A program made the position numbers and the translations under genes. A DNA stretch of 37,210 nt from Desulfobacterales bacterium (GTDB lineage: Bacteria > Desulfobacterota > Desulfobulbia > Desulfobulbales > BM004): assembly GCA_012974315.1 (NCBI GenBank), contig JAAXQI010000085.1:1-37210 (forward strand), written 5' to 3'. Each line of letters starts with the position of its first letter. Position 1 is the stretch's first letter. The notes beneath the pieces were generated by a model. It did not search any database. It was not told where the DNA came from and was given only the letters and a program-made list of their open reading frames with translations. Positions 9,377 through 19,506 of the stretch are shown one piece after another.

Positions 9377-10240
9377 TTATCCTCGATGCATGCTGTCAGA
9401 TCCTGCTTTGCCGACCAGAATAGTGTCCTTCTGATAGTCCAAGCGGATATATGAAACGTTGGCAAACTCCCTGGTTTTATAAAGATCCCTCAATACTTTT
9501 ACCAAACGATAGTACCCGGTTGAAATGTCTCCATTTGCTCCCATGTAAATAGGGAACGCCCTTTCCAGCAGATAGAGAAGCAATTCACCATTCTCGGTGA
9601 TATGGATTTCAGAAATATTCTGTTCAGGCAGAATTGAGTTATTTCTGGAAGCCAGCTTCAGTAAATCCATGACATCCTGCAGGATTTCAGGTGTTTTGGT
9701 TGTATTAGTTGAGTTAAAAGTAAATTTCTCAAGACCGGTGACAACTGCAAAGTCAAGCTCTTGAGATGAGCTGGCAGCTGCAATTATGTGACCTTTGCTA
9801 TCCAGGTAAAACAGGCCGGTATCCCTGTGCAGTAAAGCAACCGGTTTTTTTTCTTTCACGGTTATCAGCAACTGGTTAGGCCAGTTGCGAGTGATTTCTG
9901 CCCTGTCAATCCAGGGGTGGCTTTCCAGTAATGATTTAACCTGGGGCACATCTAAGGCCAGCAGGTTTGAGTGGATATCAACTTTGCTTAATACAGTAAT
10001 CTGCGCTTTGCTCGCCATCCGGTTACCATCAATTTTCATGTCAGTTATCTGAAAAAAATTATTGCTGCATAAATTCTGATATATTTCTCTTGTTATGAAA
10101 CCAGTTGACAGTAAAAAGAGAATTCCAATCAGGGTTATGATGAACAGTTTATTCTTCTGACTGCCCAAAAGTTGATCCCACTTTGCTTTTTTCAATGATT
10201 TTATTTTTACGCTTTCAGCATGTTGCATATTCATAATCAT
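9377..10240 (-). CDS. ftsQ: Cell division protein FtsQ (single TM + POTRA-like domain)
   Basis: TM segment LFIITLIGILFLLSTGFI followed by FFQITDMKIDGNRM...L..VDI..NLL..D......LESHPWIDRAEITRNWPNQLLITV.E. Conserved position murB-ftsQ-ftsA. 1-nt overlap with the murB stop (TAATG). Confidence 0.8.
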   Translation of the reverse strand: MIMNMQHAESVKIKSLKKAKWDQLLGSQKNKLFIITLIGILFLLSTGFITREIYQNLCSNNFFQITDMKIDGNRMASKAQITVLSKVDIHSNLLALDVPQVKSLLESHPWIDRAEITRNWPNQLLITVKEKKPVALLHRDTGLFYLDSKGHIIAAASSSQELDFAVVTGLEKFTFNSTNTTKTPEILQDVMDLLKLASRNNSILPEQNISEIHITENGELLLYLLERAFPIYMGANGDISTGYYRLVKVLRDLYKTREFANVSYIRLDYQKDTILVGKAGSDSMHRG

Positions 10241-11181
10241 TATCCCTCATTTCCAAGAATATGGACTTCAGGCTCAAGTCTTATGCCAGAGTGTTTGTAG
10301 ACCGTGTCCTGTACAAAATGCATAAGGTTCAGAATGTCAGTGGCAGTAGCATTACCGGTATTAATAATGAAGTTGGCATGCTTTTCGGAAACTTTCGCTC
10401 CTCCGATCAAATGTCCTTTCAGGCCAGCCTCATCAATCAAACGCCCTGCTGACAATTCCGGTGGGTTTTTGAAAAATGACCCTGCACTTGATTCCCTGAG
10501 TGGTTGGTTTTTTTTACGTAATTCCAGATATCTATTGCAGGCAGCTTTAATCTCGTCCTTGATGCCGATGGCTAAAACAAGGGTTGCGTCAAGCAAAATG
10601 GTATTCGGTTCAATTCCCCAGCCCCGGTAAGTGAAGCCAAGATTTTGTCCCAGCTCTGTAAATACTTTACCGTGGTTATTCATGAGGGTGGCAGAGGCGA
10701 GCAAATTACCAATTTCATTATTCCAGGCTCCGGCATTCATAATAACAGCACCGCCGATACTACCTGGTATACCAACAGCAAACTCTAAACCCGATAAAGA
10801 GTTTGCCGTGCAAAAGTGTACTGCTTTGGAAAGCAAACATCCCCCACCGGCACGAATTAAGGCGGTTTTATCTTTCTGGCCTGGTTGGTTTTCAATTTTC
10901 TCCAGGCCGACAAATTCACCTTCCAGTACAATTGTTACTCCAGAGAGCCCACGGTCAGGAACCAGGATATTGGAGCCTCGACCGATAATCCACCAGCTAA
11001 TATCATTTTCTTTCAGCCAGTGTACCAATCGTTTAAGATCTTCAACATTTGCAACCGAAATTATTGCCTCAGCTGGTCCTCCAACCTTGAGGGTCGAATA
11101 TTGGGACATGGGTATATCCCACAATATTTTACCGTTCCAGAAGCTGGAAAGATCCTTGCTATGTGAATTGAGCGATGCCAT
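10240..11181 (-). CDS. murB: UDP-N-acetylenolpyruvoylglucosamine reductase MurB
   Basis: FAD-binding block TLKVGGPAEAI...IGRGSNILV and catalytic region SAGSFFKNP. dcw context. Confidence 0.9.
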   Translation of the reverse strand: MASLNSHSKDLSSFWNGKILWDIPMSQYSTLKVGGPAEAIISVANVEDLKRLVHWLKENDISWWIIGRGSNILVPDRGLSGVTIVLEGEFVGLEKIENQPGQKDKTALIRAGGGCLLSKAVHFCTANSLSGLEFAVGIPGSIGGAVIMNAGAWNNEIGNLLASATLMNNHGKVFTELGQNLGFTYRGWGIEPNTILLDATLVLAIGIKDEIKAACNRYLELRKKNQPLRESSAGSFFKNPPELSAGRLIDEAGLKGHLIGGAKVSEKHANFIINTGNATATDILNLMHFVQDTVYKHSGIRLEPEVHILGNEG

Positions 11182-11186
11182 TTTTG

Positions 11187-12587
11187 TTAGCTGATAATTT
11201 CTGTAGTATTGTCATTAATCTTAGCCAGCAGTCGTTCACTGATCTGCCAGATGTTTCCAGCTCCCAATGACAGGACTACGTCGCCAGAGGCAAGAATGTC
11301 CATTGCCTTCTCTAGCAGTTTGTCAAATGTGGGTTCAAAGTGTGCATGCCGATGGCCATGTTTTTTTATGCCATCCAGCAAAGCTTCAGCGGTTACTCCA
11401 GGAATTGGGGTTTCACCTGCACTATAAATTTCAGTCAGCAGTAAAATGTCCGCCTCATGAAAGGCTGTATAGAAATCTTCAGCCAATGCATTTGTTCTGG
11501 AATAGCGATGTGGCTGAAACAGGACTACAATCCTGCGCTCAGGCCACGCGTCACGTAGGGCAGAGAGGGTTGCCCGAATCTCAGTCGGGTGATGTCCATA
11601 ATCATCAACAACCGTAATACCTCTCCTTTCTCCTTTAATTTGCAATCTCCGCTGCACCCCCGAAAAACTTTGTAAAGCAGCAGCAATAGCAACAAAAGGT
11701 ATACCCAACTCCAGCCCTACAGTGACGGTGGCTAAAGCATTGTAAACATTGTGAACACCCGCAAGGGATAGCGTGATTTCACCGAGTACTTCATTTTCTC
11801 TGCAGACCTCAAAACGGCAATTGAGACCTTTGGTGGTAATTCCCCTGGCGTAAACATTTGCCTGGCTGGTGAGGCCATATGTCAAAATTCTTTTTTTAAT
11901 CTCGGGCAGGATAGAGGCAACATGGGTATCATCCATGCAGAGTATGACTGCCCCGTAAAAGGGAATTTTGTCAATAAATTCAAGAAATACCGCTTTTATA
12001 TCTTCAATGGAATTGTAAAAATCGAGATGCTCAAGGTCTATGTTTGTCACCACTTCAAGGACCGGTGAAAGTTTTAAAAATGACCCGTCTGATTCATCAG
12101 CCTCTGCGACCAGAAAGTCTCCCTCACCCAGCTTGGCATTGCTTCCACCCAGAGAGTCTACTTTGCCACCTATTACGACTGTAGGGTCAAGTCCTGCTTC
12201 GGCAAGAACCCAGGCGACCATGGATGTTGTAGTAGTCTTGCCATGACTTCCGGCAATGGCAATGCCAAACTTGTTAAGGCGCATCAGCTCGGCCAGCATT
12301 TCTGCCCTGGGAATGACAGGGATATGAGAATTGACAGCAGCTTCTACTTCCGGATTGTCGGCTCTAATGGCAGAGGAGATTACAACGACATCAGCGCCTT
12401 TAATCCATGCTGCATCATGGCCAATGTTTATTGTGCCCCCGAACGATTCAAGACGACGGGTTATATCAGATTCCTGCAAGTCTGAACCGCTGATTTTATA
12501 GCCAAGGTTCAGCAGTAATTCAGCAATGCCACTCATGCCGATGCCGCCGATGCCTACAAAATGTATGTGTTTACTTTTTCTGTACAT
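11187..12587 (-). CDS. murC: UDP-N-acetylmuramate--L-alanine ligase MurC
   Basis: HFVGIGGIGMSGIAELL and GSHGKTTTTSM. Start placed at the internal ATG (12585-12587, MYRKSKHIHFVG...), which gives a canonical N-terminus and avoids the 61-nt overlap with murG that the longest ORF (to 12677) implies. Confidence 0.9.
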   Translation of the reverse strand: MYRKSKHIHFVGIGGIGMSGIAELLLNLGYKISGSDLQESDITRRLESFGGTINIGHDAAWIKGADVVVISSAIRADNPEVEAAVNSHIPVIPRAEMLAELMRLNKFGIAIAGSHGKTTTTSMVAWVLAEAGLDPTVVIGGKVDSLGGSNAKLGEGDFLVAEADESDGSFLKLSPVLEVVTNIDLEHLDFYNSIEDIKAVFLEFIDKIPFYGAVILCMDDTHVASILPEIKKRILTYGLTSQANVYARGITTKGLNCRFEVCRENEVLGEITLSLAGVHNVYNALATVTVGLELGIPFVAIAAALQSFSGVQRRLQIKGERRGITVVDDYGHHPTEIRATLSALRDAWPERRIVVLFQPHRYSRTNALAEDFYTAFHEADILLLTEIYSAGETPIPGVTAEALLDGIKKHGHRHAHFEPTFDKLLEKAMDILASGDVVLSLGAGNIWQISERLLAKINDNTTEIIS

Positions 12588-12616
12588 TGTCAGATTGTTT
12601 TGATTCCTTTGAGTTT

Positions 12617-13765
12617 TTAGAAAGCTAAAATCTTTCCAGTAGCAGTATCCAGCCTGTTTTTTAAGAGTTTCATGCACGCATTGATAATAGTGTCAGTGGC
12701 TTCCGGTCTTGCAACCTTGCCAGAGTTGTCAGCCATTTCAGCAAGTAGTTTTTTATCTTCCAGGACCCGTTTTATCTCCATGCCAAGTTTATCACCAGTC
12801 AGATCTGCCTGCCTGAACATGAGGCCGGCTCCGGCTTCAACCAGATACTGTCCGTTGATTTCCTGATGATTATCAGCAGCAAATGGAAAAGGGATCAGGA
12901 TTACAGGTTTATGAAAGACTGTAAGCTCTGCAAGGGTTGTGGCCCCAGCTCTTGAAATTATGAGATCAGCTTGTGAGTAAATCTCTGCCATATCACTGAA
13001 AAAATCCTGGACTCTGGCGTTGAGTCCAAGCTCTACATATTTTCTTTGGACATGGTCTTTATCGTGTCCACCTGTCTGGTGAATTATGAAAGGTGGAGGT
13101 GAAAGTTTGCTCAAAATGTTTTCAGCGGCCTCAAGCATGAGGCTGTTCAAACGTCTTGCTCCCTGGCTGCCACCTAAAATAAGCAGGGTTGAAGATTCCT
13201 GGCCGGATTCAGGCTTAGCTTCTCTGGAAACTTTGAGAATTGTGTTCCGTACCGGGTTTCCGCTTAAGATGGTTTTGCTGGCAGGGAAATATTTCTCACT
13301 GCCAGGCAGAGAAACAAAAATTTTATTGGCGATGTAGCCCAGCAGTTTATTCGCCAGTCCCGGTATGGAGTTCTGCTCATGAATACAGGTGGTGACGCCT
13401 AACAGGCGTGCTGCAAGAATCACTGGTCCTGTTACATAACCGCCCACTCCAAATACAAGGTCTGGTTTGAATCTTCGTATAATCCCGGCTGCTTCCCATA
13501 AGGCCAAAGGTTGTTGGAACAGAGCCTTGAGAACGGCAAAAAAACTTTTTCCTTTAATCCCCTGACTTTTAATCGATCTGGTTGCAAAACCAAGATTAGA
13601 CAGGGCAGTTTTGTCAATTTTCCTTTCGGTGCCGATAAACAGTACCTCACAGCCTGGATCGGCTAGCATCATTGCCTGGGCCAGAGATATTCCAGGGAAA
13701 AGATGTCCACCGGTTCCACCTCCAGTTACGATTAGTCGTATATGCCGTGTAGTCTCTTCTTTCAT
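12617..13765 (-). CDS. murG: Undecaprenyldiphospho-muramoylpentapeptide beta-N-acetylglucosaminyltransferase MurG
   Basis: G-loop TGGGTGGHLFPGISLA and C-terminal ISRAGATTLAEL. Its ATG (13763-13765) is 1 nt from the murD stop (13767-13769). Confidence 0.9.
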   Translation of the reverse strand: MKEETTRHIRLIVTGGGTGGHLFPGISLAQAMMLADPGCEVLFIGTERKIDKTALSNLGFATRSIKSQGIKGKSFFAVLKALFQQPLALWEAAGIIRRFKPDLVFGVGGYVTGPVILAARLLGVTTCIHEQNSIPGLANKLLGYIANKIFVSLPGSEKYFPASKTILSGNPVRNTILKVSREAKPESGQESSTLLILGGSQGARRLNSLMLEAAENILSKLSPPPFIIHQTGGHDKDHVQRKYVELGLNARVQDFFSDMAEIYSQADLIISRAGATTLAELTVFHKPVILIPFPFAADNHQEINGQYLVEAGAGLMFRQADLTGDKLGMEIKRVLEDKKLLAEMADNSGKVARPEATDTIINACMKLLKNRLDTATGKILAF

Positions 13766-13766
13766 A

Positions 13767-15227
13767 TTAATGGAATAATAATTCCTCTACATTGCAGGCA
13801 GTGTTATTCTTTATGGCTAGAACAGAATTCCTGAAAACCGCTCCTCGTTCGGCATAGCTTGAAAACATGTCAAAACTGGCACAGGCAGGAGATAATAAAA
13901 CAGCATCACCTGGGACTGCAAGATTTGCCGCTCTGCAAACTGCCTCCTGGAGAGTGTCCAATGTCTCAACATTGGTAAAAGCTAAAAAGGCACGGGTCAT
14001 CTTGTCCCTGGCTTCGCCAATGAGCAATATATGCTTAACCTTTTGGCGAACTGCTTCTGAAAGGATTGAATAATCTCCACCCTTGTCCCTTCCTCCGGCA
14101 ATGAGAATAATAGGCTGATTTATGGCTCCAATGGCAGAGTAGACTGCTCCGACATTGGTTGCCTTTGAGTCGTCTACATAGCTAACGCCGTTAATTTCAG
14201 CCACCAGAGACATTCGGTGTTCAAGGGGTTTGAAGGAAGCAAGGCCCTTGAGAATATTCTGCTGTTGACATCCCATTAACCGGGCCGCAAGAATTGCAGC
14301 AGCAGCGTTTTGCAGATTAGGAGAATTTCTTAAATCTGTATTGGCCAAATCATATTCCTCGCCATGCATGTTGTCTGGCAGGGAGGAATCGCTGCTGTTT
14401 TTCAGGGTAATTTTTTCACCATGTATTGTTGCGCCGGCAAGAGCAGCAAGATCTTTGCCAAAAAAGAATTTGCGGCTTTCAGGCCATAAGTGTTTACGGT
14501 TCATAATTTCAATGTCGTCAGCATTAAGAACTGCGAAATCATCGGGACTCTGGGCTGCAAAAATCTTGAATTTGGAATCTACATAAGCTGAAAACGAGGT
14601 ATATCGTTCCAGGTGGTCTGGGCTGATATTGAGCAGGATAGCTGTTTTGAAAGATAGACCGTTTTTGCCGCCACCGGTATCCAGTTGAAAACTGCTGATC
14701 TCTGCAGCAACAATATCAGCAGTCTGGGCTCCTGATACATATTCTAAAAGCGGGGTGCCAATATTGCCGCCGACAAAAACATTTTGAAAACTGGCCTGGA
14801 AAATATTACCCAGGATGGTTGTCACTGTGGTCTTGCCATTGGTGCCAGTTATCCCAACGACAGGGGTTTTCAGGTAATGTGCTATTATTGCAAGTTCTCC
14901 TGTTACTGGTATGGAACAGCGTCTGGCTTCAACAAGTGGTTCAATGGAAAGAGGGATTCCCGGGCTGACAAAAATACAATCAACTGATGTGAACATTTCG
15001 ATGGAGTGACCACCGGTTTCGCAGGTAATATTATTCTCTTCAAACCAGGCTATAATTTCTGGATCCAGAGTTCCTTTGGATGATGAATCAGATACGGAGA
15101 CAGTGGCACCATGCTTGAGGAAAAATTTGACGGCAGCCATACCTGTTTTACCCAGGCCGACGACAAGAATAGTCATGCCTGTTTTGATATAGTTGCCGGT
15201 GTCTGTATTTGTTATCGAAGTTGCCAT
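13767..15227 (-). CDS. murD: UDP-N-acetylmuramoylalanine--D-glutamate ligase MurD
   Basis: VGLGKTGMA Rossmann block, P-loop [13 protein letters not shown], and NISPDHLERY. The true start may be the internal MTILVVGLGKTG. Confidence 0.9.
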   Translation of the reverse strand: MATSITNTDTGNYIKTGMTILVVGLGKTGMAAVKFFLKHGATVSVSDSSSKGTLDPEIIAWFEENNITCETGGHSIEMFTSVDCIFVSPGIPLSIEPLVEARRCSIPVTGELAIIAHYLKTPVVGITGTNGKTTVTTILGNIFQASFQNVFVGGNIGTPLLEYVSGAQTADIVAAEISSFQLDTGGGKNGLSFKTAILLNISPDHLERYTSFSAYVDSKFKIFAAQSPDDFAVLNADDIEIMNRKHLWPESRKFFFGKDLAALAGATIHGEKITLKNSSDSSLPDNMHGEEYDLANTDLRNSPNLQNAAAAILAARLMGCQQQNILKGLASFKPLEHRMSLVAEINGVSYVDDSKATNVGAVYSAIGAINQPIILIAGGRDKGGDYSILSEAVRQKVKHILLIGEARDKMTRAFLAFTNVETLDTLQEAVCRAANLAVPGDAVLLSPACASFDMFSSYAERGAVFRNSVLAIKNNTACNVEELLFH

Positions 15228-15255
15228 AATCTTGAATCTGTGACGAATAATTACT

Positions 15256-16335
15256 CTACCTGAGTTTTAAGGTTGCCAGGGCCATGAGGCCGAGAATGAT
15301 GGAAATAATCCAGAAACGGACTACAACCTTTGGCTCGGCCCATCCCTTTTTTTCAAAATGATGGTGAAACGGTGCCATCAGAAAGACCCTTTTGCCGCCA
15401 GATAGTTTGAAAAAACCTACCTGAATTATGACGGACAGGGCTTCCATGACAAAGATGCCACCGACAATTGTCAGCAGTATCTCCTGTTTTGTTATAATTG
15501 CAATTGCCCCAAGTGCGCCCCCCATGGACAGTGATCCCACATCTCCCATGAACATGTGGGCCGGATAGGCATTGTACCAGAGAAAACCGAGAGTGGAGCC
15601 CACAAGGGCACCACAGTAAACAGCAAGTTCTCCAGCCCCGGGAACAAATGGCATCTGCAGATATTTTGCTAAAATAGCATGGCCGGCCAGGTATGAAAAA
15701 ACAAGGTAAACACCGCCGGTAATGATGATCGGCCCGGCTGCCAGGCCGTCTAATCCGTCTGTGAGATTGACTGCATTGGAAGCCCCTACAATAACGAGAA
15801 TTGCGAATATAATATAAAACCATCCAAGATCCGGTCTGATGGATTTAAAGAAAGGAATGCTTAAATGACCGTCAAAGTTAGGGTGAGTGTAGAGGATTAT
15901 CCCAAGAAGAAGGGCGCCGGTAATCTGTAACAGTAATTTGCCCTTTGCACTTAAGCCCTTAGTATTATGGTTTGTTATTTTCTTGAAATCATCAATGGCC
16001 CCAATGGCGCCAAACCATAACGTGACACCCAGAATTACCCATACCAGGTGATTTGTCAGGTTGGCCCAGAGCAGGGTGGTATTAATGATGGTGAATATGA
16101 TAAGCATGCCACCCATGGTGGGGACGCCTTCTTTTTTTAGATGGGTCTCCGGGCCATCATCTCTGATTACCTGGCCAATTTGCAGGTTCTTGATATAACG
16201 TATAAAGGCAGGGGCCACTAAAACAAAGAAAAGAAAAGCAGTGATTGCAGCGCCAATGGTCCGAAAAGTGATGTAACGGAAGACATTGAATCCTGCAAAC
16301 AGGTTGTTCAGTGGGTAAAGGAGGTGGTAAAGCAT
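15256..16335 (-). CDS. mraY: Phospho-N-acetylmuramoyl-pentapeptide transferase MraY
   Basis: Polytopic membrane protein with conserved [27 protein letters not shown] and APFHHHFE blocks. Confidence 0.95.
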   Translation of the reverse strand: MLYHLLYPLNNLFAGFNVFRYITFRTIGAAITAFLFFVLVAPAFIRYIKNLQIGQVIRDDGPETHLKKEGVPTMGGMLIIFTIINTTLLWANLTNHLVWVILGVTLWFGAIGAIDDFKKITNHNTKGLSAKGKLLLQITGALLLGIILYTHPNFDGHLSIPFFKSIRPDLGWFYIIFAILVIVGASNAVNLTDGLDGLAAGPIIITGGVYLVFSYLAGHAILAKYLQMPFVPGAGELAVYCGALVGSTLGFLWYNAYPAHMFMGDVGSLSMGGALGAIAIITKQEILLTIVGGIFVMEALSVIIQVGFFKLSGGKRVFLMAPFHHHFEKKGWAEPKVVVRFWIISIILGLMALATLKLR

Positions 16336-16340
16336 ATGTC

Positions 16341-19300
16341 TTAGTTGCCCCTGCCTGAATATTGTTTTGAATCTTGCTTGAGTAACGCAAGAATTTCTTC
16401 CATGCGCATACCTCTGGATCCCTTAATGAGAAGCCAGTCATCCGCTTTTATTTTATTTTCCTGCATAAGTTGATTCAGCCAAAGAACCAGATCTTTTTTA
16501 CTGTCAAATCCTCTGGCCGCTTCCTGGTCCATGCCGGCATCCCATGCACTTGTAACCATGTTCTGTGCCTGGCTGCCGAATACAGCCAGAAAATCTATAC
16601 CCAGTTCAAAAACTGTTTTTCCTAAAGCCTGGTGGGCATCATCACTTTTAGTTCCCAACTCCAGCATGTCACCGAGAATTGCTACAGCGCGCTGGCCTTT
16701 TTTAAGATCCTGCAGTGTGGTGAGTGCGGCCATCATCGATGCAGGATTGGCATTGTAGCAGTCATTAAGTACCTGTATTCCTGATTCCAGTTTTTCTATA
16801 CAGGTTCGCTTCTCATAGGGCATGAAAGCTGAGAGTCCTGTCGAGATTTCATCGATATCAATGTTGACACCATGAGCCATAGCTGCTGCTGCAAGGCTGT
16901 TTGTTACATTATGTTTGCCAATGCCCTTGATAGCTATTTGCCTGCTCTCATTGCCTATATGTAAAGTATAGGACATTCCCTCCCGTCCGAGGCTTTTGAT
17001 GTTCGTCGCCCGAACAAATGCATCGGGACAGGATCCAAACGTGATTTTTTCCTGTGTGAGTTGGGCAGCAAGCGAGCGGACAATTTCGTCATCAAGGTTG
17101 ACAACAGCTTTGCCCGCAGGTTTCAGACCGGCGAAGAGTTCATTTTTAGCCTTTGCCACACCTTGAATATCACCGAGACCCTCAAGGTGCGCCTCTTGAA
17201 CATTGATGATACAGGCAATATCAGGATCAGCGATCTCTGTTAAACGTGCAATTTCTCCTGGGCGATTCATCCCCATTTCGAGAACAGTCATTGTATGATC
17301 TTCCCTAAGGTTCAACAGGGTGAGTGGCATGCCGATCAAATTGTTAAAATTACCCTCGGTTTTTAAAATAGAGTGTTTCTGGCTGAGTATTGAACCAATC
17401 ATCTCTTTTACCGTGGTTTTGCCGGAACTCCCTGTCATGGCAAGGACCTGCAGGTCATTATTCCATCTACGCCTGTTTGCAGCCAGTTCACCCAAGGCCA
17501 AGAGGGTATCAGGCACAAGCAGCACAGGTATTGTCGGTTGAAAATCTAATGGTTCATTTTCCTTGCCAGAGGCCTGGTTGATGAGAAGCCCAGCTGCTCC
17601 ATTTTGGGCTGCTTTTTTGGCAAACAACCTGCCGTCAAAGTTTTCACCTTGCAGAGCAATAAAGAGATCACCTGGATTTATTGAGCGCGAATCTGTTGAA
17701 ATGTTATTAAAGAGAGTTTCCCTGTCTGCAGGATAGAGTAATTGTCCACCGGTAATCTGCTGGAGCCAATCAAGTTTCCAAAAATGCGGTAGACCAGCTG
17801 CAGCCTGCAACTGCATATCTGCCTCAATGCGATCATCGAAGAAAATTTTACCTTCTCTGCTTAATTGGTAGTTTTCATGTCCTTTGCCGCTGATAAGAAT
17901 GACGTCTTCCGGATTGGCAAAACGGATGGCAGTGCTGATTGCCACTCGCCGGCTTGTGAAAATATCGTATCCTGCCCCATTTTCTTTGGAGAGCATTTTC
18001 CAGGCAGGAATCTTATTAAGAGGAGACTTTAAAATTCCCTCTTCAACCTGCTCAAGTATTTTTTGCGGTGACTCAGAACGGGGATTATCCGAGGTGGCCA
18101 GTACAACGTCACTTAATGTGCCTGCGATCTCTCCCATAAGAACTCTTTTCCCGGAATCCCGATCCCCGCCGCATCCGAAGATGCAAATAAGCCGCTTGGA
18201 ATTAAGCTTTCTGAGAGCGTCTAAAACATTTTCCAGGGCATCAGGAGTGTGGGCGTAATCGATAAAAACAGTGGGGGTGTTTTCTGTACAAACTGCCTTG
18301 CTGTTTTTCCCAACAGATATTTTTTCGAGCCGGCCGGGAATAGTTTTTACATTCTCAACACCTTTTTGAATGCAGCCTAATTCATCTTTATGAACGATGC
18401 CTATGCCAATTGCGCAAAGTATATTGCGCAGGTTGAACTCTCCGACGAGTGGGCTTGTAAGGTGCAGAGACCCTGATGGTGAAATGATTTCAGCTTTAAT
18501 GCCGTGAATATCTATGTTGAAGTCCTGTGGGCGCACATCACATTCGTTGTTTAATCCATAAGTAATAATTGAGGGGGAATCTTCTCTGGCCTGGTACAAA
18601 GTCTTAAGTTCGTCCTGAAGCTGTTTGCCCCAGTTAGTTTTTTCTGTTCGTGAATCGGTACTCTCTCCTGACAGTGAAGGACTTTCATCAAGCATAATAA
18701 CTACCTGCCCCCCGGGTTTCAGGTAATCGGTGAATAACCGTTTTTTGCTTGAAAAGTATTGATCCATATCACGGTGAAAATCTAAATGATCCCTGCTTAA
18801 ATTCGTAAAGACCGCTATATCAAAAACCATTCCCGTAAGTCTCGCCTGAGCCAACGCATGTGAGGAGACTTCCATAACGACATCTGTAATTCCTTCATCT
18901 GCCATTTGACGGAGCAAAGCAAAGAGGGTATGGGATTCAGGTGTTGTAAATGGGGCTTCCATTTCAATATATGTGTCACTCCTGTTACTATACCGATAAT
19001 TAATTGTTCCAATAACACCTGGTCTTTTTCCACATGCTTTTAAAAACGCCTCAACCAGAAAAGATGTGGTTGTTTTGCCGTTAGTCCCGGTAATGCCGAT
19101 CACAGTAAGTTGCCGGTCCGGGTGGTCATAGAATGCAGCTGCAATATCACCCAGGGCAATTTTTGTATCATTTACTTCAACAAGTGGGATCTGCCCTACA
19201 TTTTCCGTTTCTGCTGCCAGGCTTTGCCAACCGTGATTCACCAACAGGGCGGAACAGCCAGCGGCAACAGCCTGATTCAAATAGTTGTGACCATCAACAG

Positions 19301-19460
19301 ATAAACCCTGAATGGCTGCAAAAAGGTTTCCGGGTTGAACCTTTCTGGAATCTGAAGAAAGTCCGGTAATTTCAGTTCTGCCTATATCCCCAGAAATCCT
19401 GCAATCAACTCCTTCAAGCAAATTTCTTAATTGTTTTGTTGCTGTAGTTAAAGTTGACAT
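16341..19460 (-). CDS. Fused MurE (meso-DAP-adding ligase, aa 1-~545) and MurF (D-Ala-D-Ala-adding ligase, aa ~549-1039)
   Basis: MurE part: [37 protein letters not shown] (DNPR, mDAP type), GKGHENYQ. MurF part: [44 protein letters not shown]. One continuous 1039-codon frame. In-frame ATG at 17814-17816 preceded by GAGG 5 nt upstream. Confidence 0.9.
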   Translation of the reverse strand: MSTLTTATKQLRNLLEGVDCRISGDIGRTEITGLSSDSRKVQPGNLFAAIQGLSVDGHNYLNQAVAAGCSALLVNHGWQSLAAETENVGQIPLVEVNDTKIALGDIAAAFYDHPDRQLTVIGITGTNGKTTTSFLVEAFLKACGKRPGVIGTINYRYSNRSDTYIEMEAPFTTPESHTLFALLRQMADEGITDVVMEVSSHALAQARLTGMVFDIAVFTNLSRDHLDFHRDMDQYFSSKKRLFTDYLKPGGQVVIMLDESPSLSGESTDSRTEKTNWGKQLQDELKTLYQAREDSPSIITYGLNNECDVRPQDFNIDIHGIKAEIISPSGSLHLTSPLVGEFNLRNILCAIGIGIVHKDELGCIQKGVENVKTIPGRLEKISVGKNSKAVCTENTPTVFIDYAHTPDALENVLDALRKLNSKRLICIFGCGGDRDSGKRVLMGEIAGTLSDVVLATSDNPRSESPQKILEQVEEGILKSPLNKIPAWKMLSKENGAGYDIFTSRRVAISTAIRFANPEDVILISGKGHENYQLSREGKIFFDDRIEADMQLQAAAGLPHFWKLDWLQQITGGQLLYPADRETLFNNISTDSRSINPGDLFIALQGENFDGRLFAKKAAQNGAAGLLINQASGKENEPLDFQPTIPVLLVPDTLLALGELAANRRRWNNDLQVLAMTGSSGKTTVKEMIGSILSQKHSILKTEGNFNNLIGMPLTLLNLREDHTMTVLEMGMNRPGEIARLTEIADPDIACIINVQEAHLEGLGDIQGVAKAKNELFAGLKPAGKAVVNLDDEIVRSLAAQLTQEKITFGSCPDAFVRATNIKSLGREGMSYTLHIGNESRQIAIKGIGKHNVTNSLAAAAMAHGVNIDIDEISTGLSAFMPYEKRTCIEKLESGIQVLNDCYNANPASMMAALTTLQDLKKGQRAVAILGDMLELGTKSDDAHQALGKTVFELGIDFLAVFGSQAQNMVTSAWDAGMDQEAARGFDSKKDLVLWLNQLMQENKIKADDWLLIKGSRGMRMEEILALLKQDSKQYSGRGN

Positions 19461-19506
19461 TATTTGTTCTCAGAAAACTGGCTGTTTATTTTTTGTGAAA
19501 AGGCAT

